Shown: piece after piece, positions 27,160-39,813 of the stretch
Numbering within the stretch: position 1 is the first letter of the stretch
Layout: every line of letters starts with the position of its first letter
From: Bigelowiella natans CCMP2755
Lineage: Eukaryota; Protista; Cercozoa
DNA length: 64,000 nucleotides
Reading direction: 5' to 3'
NCBI GenBank assembly: GCA_000320545.1
Contig: ADNK01000631.1
Location: 62,001-126,000, forward strand
Program-made: the position numbers and the translations under genes
Notes under the pieces: generated by a model
What the model was told of the DNA's origin: nothing
What the model saw: the letters and a program-made list of their open reading frames with translations, nothing else
Databases searched by the model: none

Positions 27160-28352
27160 GTCATGGATGGTGTTGTTGGTACTGTACAGTCGTGCTTCAT
27201 TATCAATGAATGAGAAGTATGTAGATTCGCGAGGGGTTCTTAGAATTTCTGATACTATGGTTAGATATTTTTGGGATAGAAAAGACACTAACACTTGCAG
27301 TAGGCACGAAGAGCAGTCGCTATTGTAGACATCCAAAGTATCGAAGCAAGTTTAAGAGTATATTTGCTTTTGAATAATTGCATCTGCCGACCCGTCATCA
27401 ATGGGAAGTATATTTCTATCATGTGCGTAACCGGACGTATTACATTATAGTCACAATGCTAAAATGAGACTGAGGATTAGTAGCAACTAGTTCTAGAGTT
27501 GTGACAACTACATCGTGTGTCATGCAATAGAGCGAGTAGTAGGGACCTGCTTTATGGGCTATAACATGGCGCTTATCTGGGCATTCACATGTACGCTACC
27601 ATGATGTTCACAACACACACTGCATATAACAAATGATGTATGGCCTGCGCAGCAACGTTATAAATGTCCAACGTTGGTTAGCATTATAGCGGTGACGACG
27701 GTCATAAGACATTGACATTGACCTGGCAAGCCATAGCTACAACGTAGTATACCACTATACGCATGCGCGTGTGACGTACATGTTAGCCATAGCAGTCCAG
27801 CCACGTATGCGATACAGATAATAGACACAGCAATGTCATACAGGTGCGATCGACATGCGGTGGCGCGCATGTTAGCATGGTCTGCAGCCCTGCTCATGGA
27901 CTATTTCGTCGTTGGCATGATGACTTTTCTTGCATGCACGTCGATGTCCACTACTGGATACGGTAGCAGGGGTTGACAGTGCGTACGTTGCAGCCATTGT
28001 ACGGGACTACGACAGAGTAAAATAAACATACGAAAATGTGTATACACAGTATATAAATAGTAGCAATACGAGATCCCACGGCATGAACATTGCTATTAAA
28101 TTATTCTCAAGCTGGTAACTTCTTGATATTAGCTTCTGCTAGCTTCTGCATGCATTCTGTCTCTCTCTCTCTCTTCTTCCTGCTTTTGTGCCTCTTCTCC
28201 TACTGTTCCTCTGGAGATAGTGAGAACAACCGTAAGCTATAGGAAACGAAAATCAATTGCTGCTGCTGCGGTTGAAGTATGTAATATTGCGAGTACGAAG
28301 TACTCGATGACAGCTCATTTGACTCGATAAATCACAGGGTTGCATCGAGCAC

Positions 28353-28396
<44 letters not shown>

Positions 28397-28620
28397 TTCA
28401 CGTATAATTGCATTAAAACTTCTTCACTCACTCCCACTTTGCTGTCCTGGCTACATACTATAATTATTTCCGTAGAACGTCTTCTTTTTCTTTTTCTCAC
28501 ATTATCAATATCATCATCATCATCATCATCATCATCATCTCCTTCATCTCCTTCCTCATCATCAACTGTAACAAGATCAATTCTACTTTACCTAATCCAC
28601 AGACAGGACTACTGTTCAAA

Positions 28621-30129
28621 CTACCACCAGCAACAATAAAAACAACAACAACAACAATAACCACCTTTCCGGGCTTTTTCTTTCGTCGCTACCCTCGGTG
28701 ATGTGCTGCTATTGGTGGTATTTTCCATTAAGGTTGTATTTGCAGGAGCAGCAGTAGTAGTACCGCCGTCCTCATCCATAATCAACTTATCATCGTCGCC
28801 TTTACTACCTCCTTTCTGTCCACTACTTTCTTCGCCTCCTGGCCCCCGTCTATTTGGGTTTTGATTTTTCTTTCCCCCCATTGCTCCCATCATCATTACC
28901 ATTGGTATTGAGGATGCTGTTGTATTGTTCTTCTTCGTCCGTTTGCTTGTTGTTTTTGGTTTCTCTATTAGACTAGATACCATCATCTCCTTCCTATCGT
29001 TACTAAACATACTCCTGCTACTACTTCTACTACTACTAATACTGGTGGCAGTGTTAGTAACGGTAAGGATAGTAGTGCTATTGGTAGCGTTGCTGCTACT
29101 ACTGCTATGCTGCTCGTTTGGTTTCATTTCAACGTCTACGACGACAGCAGGGGTAGTAGAAGAAAAAGAACAAGTTGCGATGTACTTTCGTCGTTTGGTA
29201 GTCCCTACTGTTCTTCTGATAACCCCCCCCCTTCTTTTCCTTTCACTCGCAACCTGCCTGTGTGATGACGATGCCATATTCGTTGCAACACTGTTTACAA
29301 CGGATTTGAGGATAATAACATCGTCATTATTCTCCCTCTTCTCACTATTGTTGTCGAAATCGTCGCCCTCGTCGTCTAGAATCGTTATTTCACGAGAAGC
29401 TTTCTCATAGATAGTACTTCTCTCTACACGCACTCCTCTCCTCTCCCCTTCTCCATCTGCTGCGGATAATCCTGCCTTATCATTCACATCATTGCACTTC
29501 TCATTAATTGACGCCTTCTTGCTGTCGTTATTTGTTACTTCCACACTGGCATCAGCAGCAGCATTGCCGTCATCATTATCATTATCATCATTCTCACTCG
29601 CATCATAATCGTCGTCGTCATAGAGACAACAACCTGTTGTAGTATTGCTGCTGCTGCTGCTACCCATTTTTGATACTTGTGAGGGCTGATCAACATCAGT
29701 ATTACTTTTATCGTCATTTCCAACTTTTTTAGTTGTAATTCTATGATTTTCTTTTGTTTCCGTTGTGCTTTTGACATCCATTTTCTTCCTCCTATCATTA
29801 TCATCATCGTCACCATCATCTACAACAGAGCGCCATTCTTCTCCTTCCTCTTCTAAGGCTCTCAAACAGTTGGGAAAGAAGGCCACTTTACGACGACGAC
29901 CATCCTCACTCACACTCTCAAACTGGACTTTGAGACGCCTATTAGTCAGCATAGAACGTGACAATGGCTTCATATGATGATACTGATGATGATTACGATG
30001 ATGACTATTATTATAAAACAGTGTTATATCGTCTTGGTGATGGCATTGTCGATTCTTCTTGATGGCAACGACATTAGAGTCTAGTATGAGGCAAAGATGG
30101 TGTCTTTCACTTATGATGTTTGCTCGCAT
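28621..30129 (-). CDS. Long low-complexity (S/T/N/D/K-rich) exon, probably the 3' part of the ePHD gene
   Basis: 502-aa open frame with charged disordered composition, on the same strand as and downstream of the ePHD exons. Further small exons probably run to ~28100. Confidence 0.5.
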   Translation of the reverse strand: MRANIISERHHLCLILDSNVVAIKKNRQCHHQDDITLFYNNSHHRNHHQYHHMKPLSRSMLTNRRLKVQFESVSEDGRRRKVAFFPNCLRALEEEGEEWRSVVDDGDDDDNDRRKKMDVKSTTETKENHRITTKKVGNDDKSNTDVDQPSQVSKMGSSSSSNTTTGCCLYDDDDYDASENDDNDNDDGNAAADASVEVTNNDSKKASINEKCNDVNDKAGLSAADGEGERRGVRVERSTIYEKASREITILDDEGDDFDNNSEKRENNDDVIILKSVVNSVATNMASSSHRQVASERKRRGGVIRRTVGTTKRRKYIATCSFSSTTPAVVVDVEMKPNEQHSSSSSNATNSTTILTVTNTATSISSSRSSSRSMFSNDRKEMMVSSLIEKPKTTSKRTKKNNTTASSIPMVMMMGAMGGKKNQNPNRRGPGGEESSGQKGGSKGDDDKLIMDEDGGTTTAAPANTTLMENTTNSSTSPRVATKEKARKGGYCCCCCFYCCWW

Positions 30130-30166
30130 CTACCTCTCAATGCACTTGAATGTGTTGTTGTATGTG

Positions 30167-30203
<37 letters not shown>

Positions 30204-30621
30204 GTCTGTCTACACACATAGTGAAGGGTATGTCATCATCTTTATGTAGTACGTACTTCTTAAATGCAAAAATAACGAATGACAGATAAGCAGCCGTCAT
30301 AATCTCAAACCACCGACCCTGATCTGCTCCACTGCAGCACTCTTCCGATCTTGCCCTCGTTTTTGTCACTATGGATGACAATTACGCGCTTTCCAATCAG
30401 CTTTATTTCCTCCTCTAGGGTCATATCTTCTCGCTCCTGAGATGATCGAATGTACGGCAAAAGCGACGGCGCTGGTGGCAAAGCAGCATCTGAGCATGTC
30501 GCGAAGGAGGGGGAGGGGGGGCTCCTATTCTTCTGCTTGCGAGGCAACGAGATGATCGGCGAGACTCTATGTGCCTTTATAAAGGCAAATGGAAAGATGA
30601 TGCCCATTGGAAATGGTGAGA

Positions 30622-30661
<40 letters not shown>

Positions 30662-31129
30662 AAATCTCATATGATCGCTCTCCTCTCTTCTCTCTCCCCC
30701 CTCTGGAGTATTTACCGCTGACTAGTCTTACACCCTCCTCTCCCCTATCCCTTTCTTCAGTACATCATGAACTGGCAGTAGGTATGCATCAGAATACCAG
30801 ACTGCTCTATATGTTTTATCATGATTATTGTTGTTATTGTTGTTGTTGTTGTCGTTGTTGAATTTTCACGGCATCGGTTTATTCTAATTCTTCTTCTTGT
30901 CACGATCTCTCTGCTACGAATCGCTCCACCGTCAAAAACAGTATCATGAGCATTACCATCGGAACGGTTCTCTTCCCAAGCAAGATATTTCTTAGGCACT
31001 CTACACTTGTAGTTCCCCCTTAAATGGTAGTGGGGGCACGGTATGAATGACGAACAAATGAAAAGGAAAGGGGGGTTGAGTTGTGGACAGGTAGATAGAG
31101 GGTACTGCTGCTGCTGCTGCTGCTGCTAC

Positions 31130-32302
31130 TGGCTTTACATTCTTAGAAAATACCATCTTTGGGCGTGTGCCTAGAGCAGAAAAATGTCCACCCCATTTCT
31201 GGCCAGCTGTGTTAGGAAGAGGAGGAGGAGGAGGAGGAGGAGGAGGAGGAGGTGGTGGCAGGTGGTGGCAGGTGATGGGAGTGAGGCGAAGCAAAGAGAA
31301 AAGAGACGGGAAAGAGCTTACAAACTCTCAGAAATTCTATGCAAAAACGGGTTCCGTATTGCTTCTTGTCACACGTTGAAGAGAAGAAGAAGGAGAGAAA
31401 AAGAAGAGGAAGAAAGAAGCGTGTGTAGACAGAACATTTGTTGCGTCTCTTTGTAAATGCAGTGAATGAACTCGTAGTAGATCCGCATATCAGGTAGCTA
31501 GGAAAGAATAAATCATCAAATCAATGAATCATGAATGAATGCACGATGACTACGTATTTCGCTGTCATCATTATCACCGTATTTTCGTCACTATTTTTTT
31601 TAAATCAGTATTATTATAATTATCTTCATTCTTTCTTCTTGTTTTTAGTCAATCACGTGTGGTCTGCGGCGCAGTTCCCCTTGACAGCACAGGCGATATG
31701 AAAGCTCTTCCTGCATGCGTCATTGCCACAACCGTATCTACGCAAGTAGCCGCAGCAGTAATAAAATAGACGACGTACGAAAAGATCAGTAACCAGCAAC
31801 AAGAATAAATAATAAAAACAATCGAAGAGTTAGAACTAAGAGCCATAATACGACATTGGAGGATCAGAAATCAGTCACTTAATCATCATCGTGATTATCT
31901 TCATCATCATCGATGTTGATGGTTGTTCTGGTGTTGTCCTTTCCTATTTTTATGACTTCCGGCTGCGAAAATACCTTGCATCTCCCTCTCTTACCCCTCC
32001 CCCCACTCCCTCTCTCTTTCCCTCTCACGCTCCCCCATCTCGTTTTGTCTTCTGTGAGGTGCGCATGTATAGTTACGTTGCTCCTTTCTTCCTGCACACA
32101 TTGCAGCTAAGCTTCCTTCCTCGGTTGACCTCCTTCATGATAGTCTTGTGGAGCTTCGTGGGCAACATGCCCTGCCGCTCGTACTTGGACACTTGGTCGA
32201 AGACTGTGTGGATGATCGGTTCATGATTGCAGGTATATGATGATGATGATTTAACATGACCGTGATGGTAATGATGATGATAAAAGTGAGGTTTCACATT
32301 GT

Positions 32303-32336
<34 letters not shown>

Positions 32337-33365
32337 AACACACAAACACACATACACATACACATATACAAACTCAAAACAACGCATGTGCTCGCACTAG
32401 CACAGGTAGAAGAAGTGGGGAGGGAGAGGTGGAAGAAGTGAAGATATATGTAGTAATATCAACAGCATCGATCGGGGGCTGACACACATGTATGTGTGCA
32501 AGTATGGATGGATGGATGGATGGATGGTGATCTGATAACCTAGTACATTTGGACTAAAACGTGCGCACAGCTCGTGAACTGTGAACTTGCCATCAACAAG
32601 ACACAACTTCCCCACCTGGATGGGTGGTAGAAAGACAGACAGACAGTAGATAGAATATGTAAAGGAAGATGATTGATGATTGGAGGGGCTATCAGTCCCT
32701 GATGACGATACGTTCTCATTGCATTGTGTCTTTTATAACCCATCATATTTCTACAATTTCCGAAACAATTTGGGAGATCTATGTGCACCTTTTCCGTGGC
32801 CTCATCGCCTTGGCGACAAAAGGCACAAGCTGAATAGAAGAGCAGCAGTATATATCCAAGTAGCAGCAGGTCAGAGCAACACACATAGCACATTAACTCA
32901 CTCGCTCGCCACTGCTCTATGGCTGCTGGTGTTGGCTCTACCGTTGAATTTTCTGTTCTTCTTCCTCTTCTTCTTCGATCCACCACGAGGATTTGATGCA
33001 GTTTTAACCATATTTCCCCCCTCACCAGTCTTTTCATTAACATCTAAACCTTCCATCCCATGCAACCTGCTCTCAGCATCAGTGTTCTTCTCGTGAGGCA
33101 AGTCGACAGAATGTAAGCTTCGACCAACCCCATAATCCTTTCTTACTAATTTTGCTGAACAATCATTGATGTTCTCTTCATTTGTCCGACATTCCGATTT
33201 CGTTTGCTTCTCTTTTTTATGGTGTTTTTTATTGAGATTATTATCTTCTTTGACCAGATTGACCTCCGTTGTCTTCCCTTCACTTAATTCAATAGCACCT
33301 TTTATGGCATCTTCCATTTCCCCTCGAAAATTGTCCGCCTTCATCAGGTCTATGATAACCTTCAT
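31130..33365 (-). CDS. Extended PHD finger (zf-HC5HC2H, PHF6/PHF7/G2E3-like) chromatin protein, multi-exon
   Basis: Spliced exons: CAFCRQGDEATEK|VGKLCLVDGKFTVHELCARFSPN|...KEVNRGRKLSCNVCRKKGAT|YGCGNDACRKSFHIACAVKGNC...|...FFCSRH. This gives the C2HC pre-PHD plus C4HC2H ligand set. Confidence 0.8.
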
Positions 33366-33996
33366 ACGATTGCAATTTACTCAGAAAGTGAAAGTGCGGC
33401 GACACATTGGCAGCGCTCAAGTTAGATTAGTCGCTAGTTCGCTTCGAAGCTCCAGCCTTTTAGACCAAAAGCTTCAATTTACCGACTTCTTCTTCTTGCT
33501 CCCTGTGAGGGAAGTATGCGAGCGAAAATCGGTAGAATCTGTAGCACTCAGCTCACGCCCTTGACCATTGCCCGTGCTCGAGCAACACCGGGTCGCAACG
33601 TCAGTTGTCGCTCATAAAGGCGACTCGTATTTCCTTACTTTTAGACCCAGAGTAGTAGTTCGGATCTAGTGTCTGCCTCAAACGCATCCCATTTCCTCTA
33701 TTCCGAAGGTAAAAAATGGAAAATTTAATATTTTCGGCGATGCTTTTTTCTCCAATATCGTGCGAGGGGCCCAATCTTGGAAATGGATGAGGAAAAATCG
33801 AAATTGTGTTGTCGCAGAAGTAAAATGCAGGGGTAATCCACAACTCTGCCATGTCGTAACCAACGGCTTTGGGCAAATGGCGGCGAGATGAGATGCCTCA
33901 GAGCCTCCTTCTACCCAGCTCGGGGACTTTCGCATGACATACTCCTGTGTGTTCGCCTTAGTCGCCTTCGTAAAAGTTTCTAACAATATCGACCAT

Positions 33997-34807
33997 ATGG
34001 AAAAAAGAGACCGCACGCCAGAATGTCAGAGACTATCGATCCCATGCTTCACGAAGAACAGGCCATTCTCGTGTAATTTTTGTCAACTTCGGTTCACTCA
34101 GACCGGCTCGTTGAATAGGGTATGGAAAATTTGCAGATGATTATTTTCAGGTAAGAATGCTTTTTTGTTAATCATCGTTGTTTCACCAGCACATGAAGCT
34201 CCACCTTGGATACAGGGATCACTCGTGTAAACTGTGCATGCGAAGGGTAAACAAAAAATGAGAATATTCTTTCAAGAAGTTTGATACTTAAGATATCTTC
34301 TAAAATCACAGTTCACAACTATGTGGAACCTGAAGCAGCATCAATTGAGAGTACACAATAGGACCGTCCCAGCGGTGCGTAGTTCATCCCCTCGAATCCG
34401 TGTGCGATATCTGAGACTATTCATTTCATCACCAGCTAAAATGCGAGAAATGCAGCCGGAATTTTCGGTTCAAAAATGATCTCGTAGAGCATACAAGGAC
34501 ACACACAAAAGAGCGTCCATTCAATTGCAAGGTTATATGTAAATATATATATGTAAATACATATATTCGAACAGATTTTCAAGCGGAACCTCATAATTTC
34601 TTTAGGTTTGTGGACGCAACTTTCGACAGAAATCTCATCTTTGGACCCATATATCGACGGTAACGATGAGTAGAAAATATGGCTAGGATAGATATTGATT
34701 TTCCTATTTTACAGGTCCATTCAACGTTTCGTTGTAGTAACTGCACACAATACATCCAGCAGAAAGATAGGCGTGGATTTTTTACCCACAGTGCGATGTG
34801 TGGTTAG
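33997..34807 (+). CDS. Tandem C2H2 zinc-finger protein (about 5 fingers), 6 exons with short introns
   Basis: RPFSCNFCQLRFTQTGSLNR|HMKLH...HSCKLCMRR|FTTMWNLKQHQLRVH...|KCEKCSRNFRFKNDLVEHTRTHTKERPFNCK|VCGRNFRQKSHLWTHIST|VH...FRCSNC...HSAMCG*. HTKERPF linker present. The start could also be 33934. Confidence 0.88.
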
Positions 34808-35449
34808 GGATAGCGCAACGTGGCATCACCTTGCTAAACGTGTATGTAGACAGAAATTACGTGACGCTTAACCGTCCTAGCTAGCTAGCGTCGCTAGAAG
34901 GAACTGGATTGCAGCATTGCCCCTAATCAGTCAGAATGCACATGTGTAGGTGTATTTCAGTGGGATCAAATGTCATGTACTAGTGTATGGCGTTGCATGA
35001 CGAGTCTCCTCATCAGGAGTGTTCAACAGGGTGCGAGTGTGCATTAAATCCATGGATTCAAATGACAAAAATTTGCTCTGTTGGACAGGACTTTGCATCC
35101 AGTGCGTTTATTACGCCCTAGCGCCTGCTAGACTGCATGCGAAACTTTCATTTGATTTCTGCGTCTCGCACGCTTAGGCAGTATGTATGTGTCTTGGCAT
35201 GGCTTCGTGTTCATAGCACTATAGATTCTATTGGCCACTATGTGTATAGAAACCTCAACGCTACTACAATTAATGAGTTTCGCGTGAAAGTGGAGCATGC
35301 AGGATGTCGGTTCTCACACAACGCGCGCTGTCAATAAATGATGGCTGCACTTAGCGTCCTTATCATACTACCATCCCGTCGTCAATCGCTAAAAGTTTCT
35401 AATTTGCTGAGCTAATATTTCCCACGGATCAAGTTTACTATTGCTGCAA

Positions 35450-36653
35450 TCAATAATGAGAAAATGTTTCTCCAGAATGTTCATTTGAAGATACTGAGAA
35501 GTAGTCGTCGTCGCCACTATTTATCATCGTTGGTATGCTCACAGGATTCTCAGAATCTGCAATTGCTTTTAACTCTAAGCATTTTAAAAACAGAAAAATT
35601 GCACTGATAACAATGATTTGTACATAGGTTGCAGATTGGATGTTCTCAGTAAAATCTTGAAAATACTCTTGCATATATTCCTGTTTTAAACCGATAAAAA
35701 TATTTGCAAACGCCAGTATCTGTACCCCATACCCAAACTTCGTGTGGAGAAATTTCCAAACAGCTCTGCACAACCCTTCAGGTTCCGCTGCTGGGCGTGA
35801 CACTGCGAAGATAGCTACGACACCAGCAATTATCATTACGGCTAGGCCTATGATTGAGTGGTTGTCATCCCAATGCGTTTCTCTTCCATTTTTTTTGGCG
35901 ATGACGATCATAGTAAATCCTATGGTGGAAAGTACAACTCCAAGTGTTTGAGAAAACCTATGCAAGTAGAACCACCTCGTCCGCTTCGCAAATCGTGCTC
36001 TGTAAATCGATGCAAGTATTCCCAACGGCATTATAAAACCCCAAGAAAACGTCATGAGAATAGCATGCGCTTTAACTGAAGATTCCTGTAGATCACCCCC
36101 AAAATCAACCGTGTTGGCAACTCCTTCAAGTAGTTTAACTTTAAAGACTGCTTGTCCCTTATGAATCTTCCAAAGATTCCCATTCGGTCCATAAGCGACT
36201 ATGATATCTACTATGTACCCGATACCCTGTAGAGATCGATTAAATACCAGGTCTGTTTGGCAAGCATTCGTGCTGGGGTCTCTAATTTGAAAGTACTGCA
36301 TAGTATTGTATTTTGGATCCTTCATAGAAACGATCGAGTCAAGAGATCTTCCTTCAAGCTTGTAAGTGAGTACGTTGCTAACATCATTTCTAGCAATTAC
36401 AGCGATACTGTTTACCATCTGGGTCCCAAATCCTAAGCCAATCCATGAATTAGTTTTGGCCGCAAGACGGAAAGTGGCTGATCCTTGGCCGTGATTGTCC
36501 ACTTTCCACGATAAACTCAAAAATTCCTCGCCAACTTTTATCTCTTTGGTGCAGAACTGGGTGCAACAAGAACATATCACATGAGGAGGCGGCGGTAACC
36601 CTGTAGGAATCATTTGATAGTATGTTTTAAATTACCACACCACATACACATGC

Positions 36654-36692
<39 letters not shown>

Positions 36693-37006
36693 CTTCAATT
36701 TCAAACCATTATGCAACATAAATACAAATAAACATCAATTTCTAAAGGAATAGATAGCAGGGTAGGCGCTAATTATCTAACATAGAACATAGATCAGATT
36801 CTCAGAAAAAAAATATTGTGACAATGGAGAATCGTATGCATGATGTGCATGGGTGTGCATGTATAGATTGCAAACTGAGCAATACTAACAGAGTTTATGT
36901 TTCAGTAACTGCCAAAAAAAAACCAGTCATTACCATCGTTACCATTGGATTTCACTAGAAGAGAACTGCTTAATAACAACAGAATTAGCGCATAGACCTC
37001 CTCCAT
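35450..37006 (-). CDS. DOMON + cytochrome b561 (CYBDOM) membrane protein, 2 exons
   Basis: Signal exon MEEVYALILLLLSSSLLVKSNG. DOMON motif NSWIGLGFGTQMVNS. b561 heme His motifs AHAILMTFSWG, WFYLHRFSQ, HSIIG and WKFLHTKFG. Confidence 0.9.
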
Positions 37007-37203
37007 GCTTTTAGAGTGATAGAGAAAAAACGCGGCACAGGATTTACAAAACCATGGCGATTTGGCTCTACGTCTACGCATTTAAGGTTTCACTTCATAA
37101 AAAGGCATTAATTGGAAAATTTGTGCTGTCGCTAACATTTATTCGCATGAGTTTCATTCATTCAGCCACATCCATCGCATCAAAAAAGTCATCAAAAATC
37201 ACA

Positions 37204-38383
37204 ATGGACTTCCACGCCGCTCTCGGAATTATATCCCCGTGCCTACAGGCTATCACTCTCATCTTCATCATCGCATGCTTCTCGGGTACTCCATCTACTC
37301 TTCTCCGAAAACAAATCGAACTTTAGTGTGGTGTTCGTCGCATTTTAGGAATATTCGGTGATGTTTCATACTCGTATGGTTCTCGCAAGGAAGGCGATTG
37401 CACCCTGATGAACAGCTTTGGTCTTTTAGGTCTCAGGGTAAGCAATATTAATATTATCCAACAAATAGGCTTAAAATTGTTCAATTATGCTAGGTTACGA
37501 ATAGTAGCAACAATGGAATTTGGACAGTAGTTAGATATGATTCACATGGGTACGGTTAATAGTTATTATTAGATCCAAATGGTGTCAAGGCTTCAATAGT
37601 TGTCCGACAGGTGTAGCGATTTCTTTGGGGCCTGTAACAAATGCAATACATCCGGAAAAGCTGTACTTTCGTAATGATTTTCTCTTAAAAATATGTACGT
37701 GTTCTAACAGAGTATTCATTACAAGGTTTCTGATATTAGCTTTCCTCGGAAACATCACTGTTCTTGGGCTCTTTGTATGGATCTTGATAATTGTAGATCT
37801 AAGATGAAAACTTCATAATTTTTTATTTTATGTGACGTAGAGTGCTAAGCGGCTAGGATTAGATGTTGAGGGTCATGGATGTTATTGCAGTCAAACTGGA
37901 ATATCGATGGTACTTGCTGTAAAGTGTTAGTCGAATGGGTTAATTTTATAATTCCACCTTGACGTCGTTCAATATGATAGGTTCTTGGAATAATGGCCCT
38001 TTTTCTATTTTTCGCATGGACAGCTTGGGCTGGTGGATGCGACCATTTCATCGAGGTTAGGTTATTTTGTAGAAAATTTGCCGAAAATCTGAGTTAATCA
38101 TCAATAATCATTTAGGAAGAAATAAAAAACACCAAGCTTGAAGCTGGTAGGATTTTGCTATCAAATTATGCTTTTATGCGTTCGCATTTTTATCTATTAA
38201 AATATAATTAGGATGGGCATTGCTGTTTCTTTCTTCCATCTTCGCGTGCATTTCGGGTGGGATCGAGATTGGCAAAAGCTTAAATGTGATAAGAGATGTT
38301 CAGTATGGGGGCCATGAACAATTACAACACAACGATGAAAATGGGGGTGATCATTCACTTCCAGGTAGCAGCATGTAAGAGTT
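37204..38383 (+). CDS. Putative multi-exon membrane protein with short introns
   Basis: Hydrophobic segments (ISPCLQAITLIFIIACFSG; ILAFLGNITVLGLFVW; GIMALFLFFAWTAWAGG) interleaved with short GT...TAG introns. Frame not fully resolved. Confidence 0.4.
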
Positions 38384-38511
38384 AGGTTGTCATTTTTTTC
38401 TCTGTTAACGCCATCTGAGACACGAGCTGAGTATCACTTACATCGCTGCCTCATTGACACTCCTAGAGTGTTAGAGTTTCGGGAATGAAAACATCTTCCA
38501 ATGTAATAGAA

Positions 38512-39540
38512 GATGGGTGAAGCGCCATGCGCATGAAACCTTGCCTGTTCAGTTTGAGGCCTTGCCTGCTCATGAAGTTGCATGCATTGCATGGTGCACG
38601 CGGCAGCATGAAAGAATGCATTCAGATTTTGAACGAAGCAACAATTTATTATTTTTTCATCATCTTGGGTCAACTGTGCTAGTGTGGTGAACATGGCTGC
38701 ACCCATCGACCATTCCATGATGGACATGTCTATCATTTCTCCAACATCTGGCAATGTTCGCACACTTTTGCCTTGCAATTTGTGCACGCTTGATTCTAGG
38801 ATTCACCATCAACAGGGTCATGATCCCTCATCGCGTGTGTGTCCCCTAGTCCAAGCCTCCTTGTTCATTGCCAGATTGTCCCACTTCGTTTCTGTCTTTG
38901 CACATCATGAAGGTGGCACCCAGTCTAGCAGTGTCGAGGAGATCCCCAAGTGCCTTTTCTCACAGGATTTGCTAGGTTTGCCATCGCTCATGGTTTTCCT
39001 GTTCCTGATTTTCACGTTCCTCCACTTGCAGTCTGTGTGCGTCAATCAACATTGAACATTGAACATTGAATGAAGCATTGATGCAAATCTGCATGCGCAG
39101 AAACCATGCACATGGGAAACAAGCATTTGCACAGCAACAAAAACAAGCTTGAGGACTGCAATGTCAGCACCCTGCTGTCAGTCTAGCAGTGGTGAGAATT
39201 GAGAATTGCAACTAGCCAATGCCCTGCAGTGGCTAACTGAAGCTGAAGACAATTCAATTGGGACTAGGTGATGTTGGAAACCTGTCAATTGTTGGTGCAG
39301 CCAGAGTGTGTCTCGTGTTCCGCAGCTGAAACTGGACATTGAAACACAAACTGGGCAAAGTCGATCGGATCCACGAACAGTGAACAGTCAAGATGAGCAG
39401 CAGGGAATGAAGCTAAGAGCATTGAGACGGGGGAGTGTCATCAGATTGGCGTGCAGCAGCAAAATCATCCAGAACATCGACAGCAGTTCGACGGAATGGC
39501 GAAGGCACACCAGATCAACGAAACAATGAAACAATGATGA
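38512..39540. pseudogene. TpA-depleted island C containing a decayed minus-strand coding-like relic
   Basis: 38741-39540 has 9 TA in 800 bp (7 CTAG, 2 CTAA), against about 17 TA in 120 bp at 37441-37560. The minus strand reads as a protein-like frame broken by stops (VEERENQEQENHERWQT*QIL*EKALGDLLDTARLG...). Confidence 0.6.
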
Positions 39541-39813
39541 AAAACTACATTTCCTAAGTGTCAACAACGGGTGCCAAAAGTTGCGAACCGAACTGACGGT
39601 GCTCCTGGAAAAAACAGGGAAACATTGGACATATTTGGGAAGAAAGTGCATGCATTTTTCATGAATGTAATTGAGCCAATTTCATCTGAGAAATCAAACC
39701 CATTTGAGTCTTGCGACAAAAACAGAAAGGAGATTTAGTAGTGAATTCCGGGTAAGCTTAGTTCTGGTTCTGCAGCCTCTTCTGGTGCCGATGAGAAAGA
39801 GGAGGCAGAACAA

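Noticed and set aside
38512-39540. CpG-methylation decay or classical RIP as the explanation of TG/CA richness
   Set aside because: CpG is still present (abundant in island B) and TpA is lost rather than gained, the opposite of RIP.
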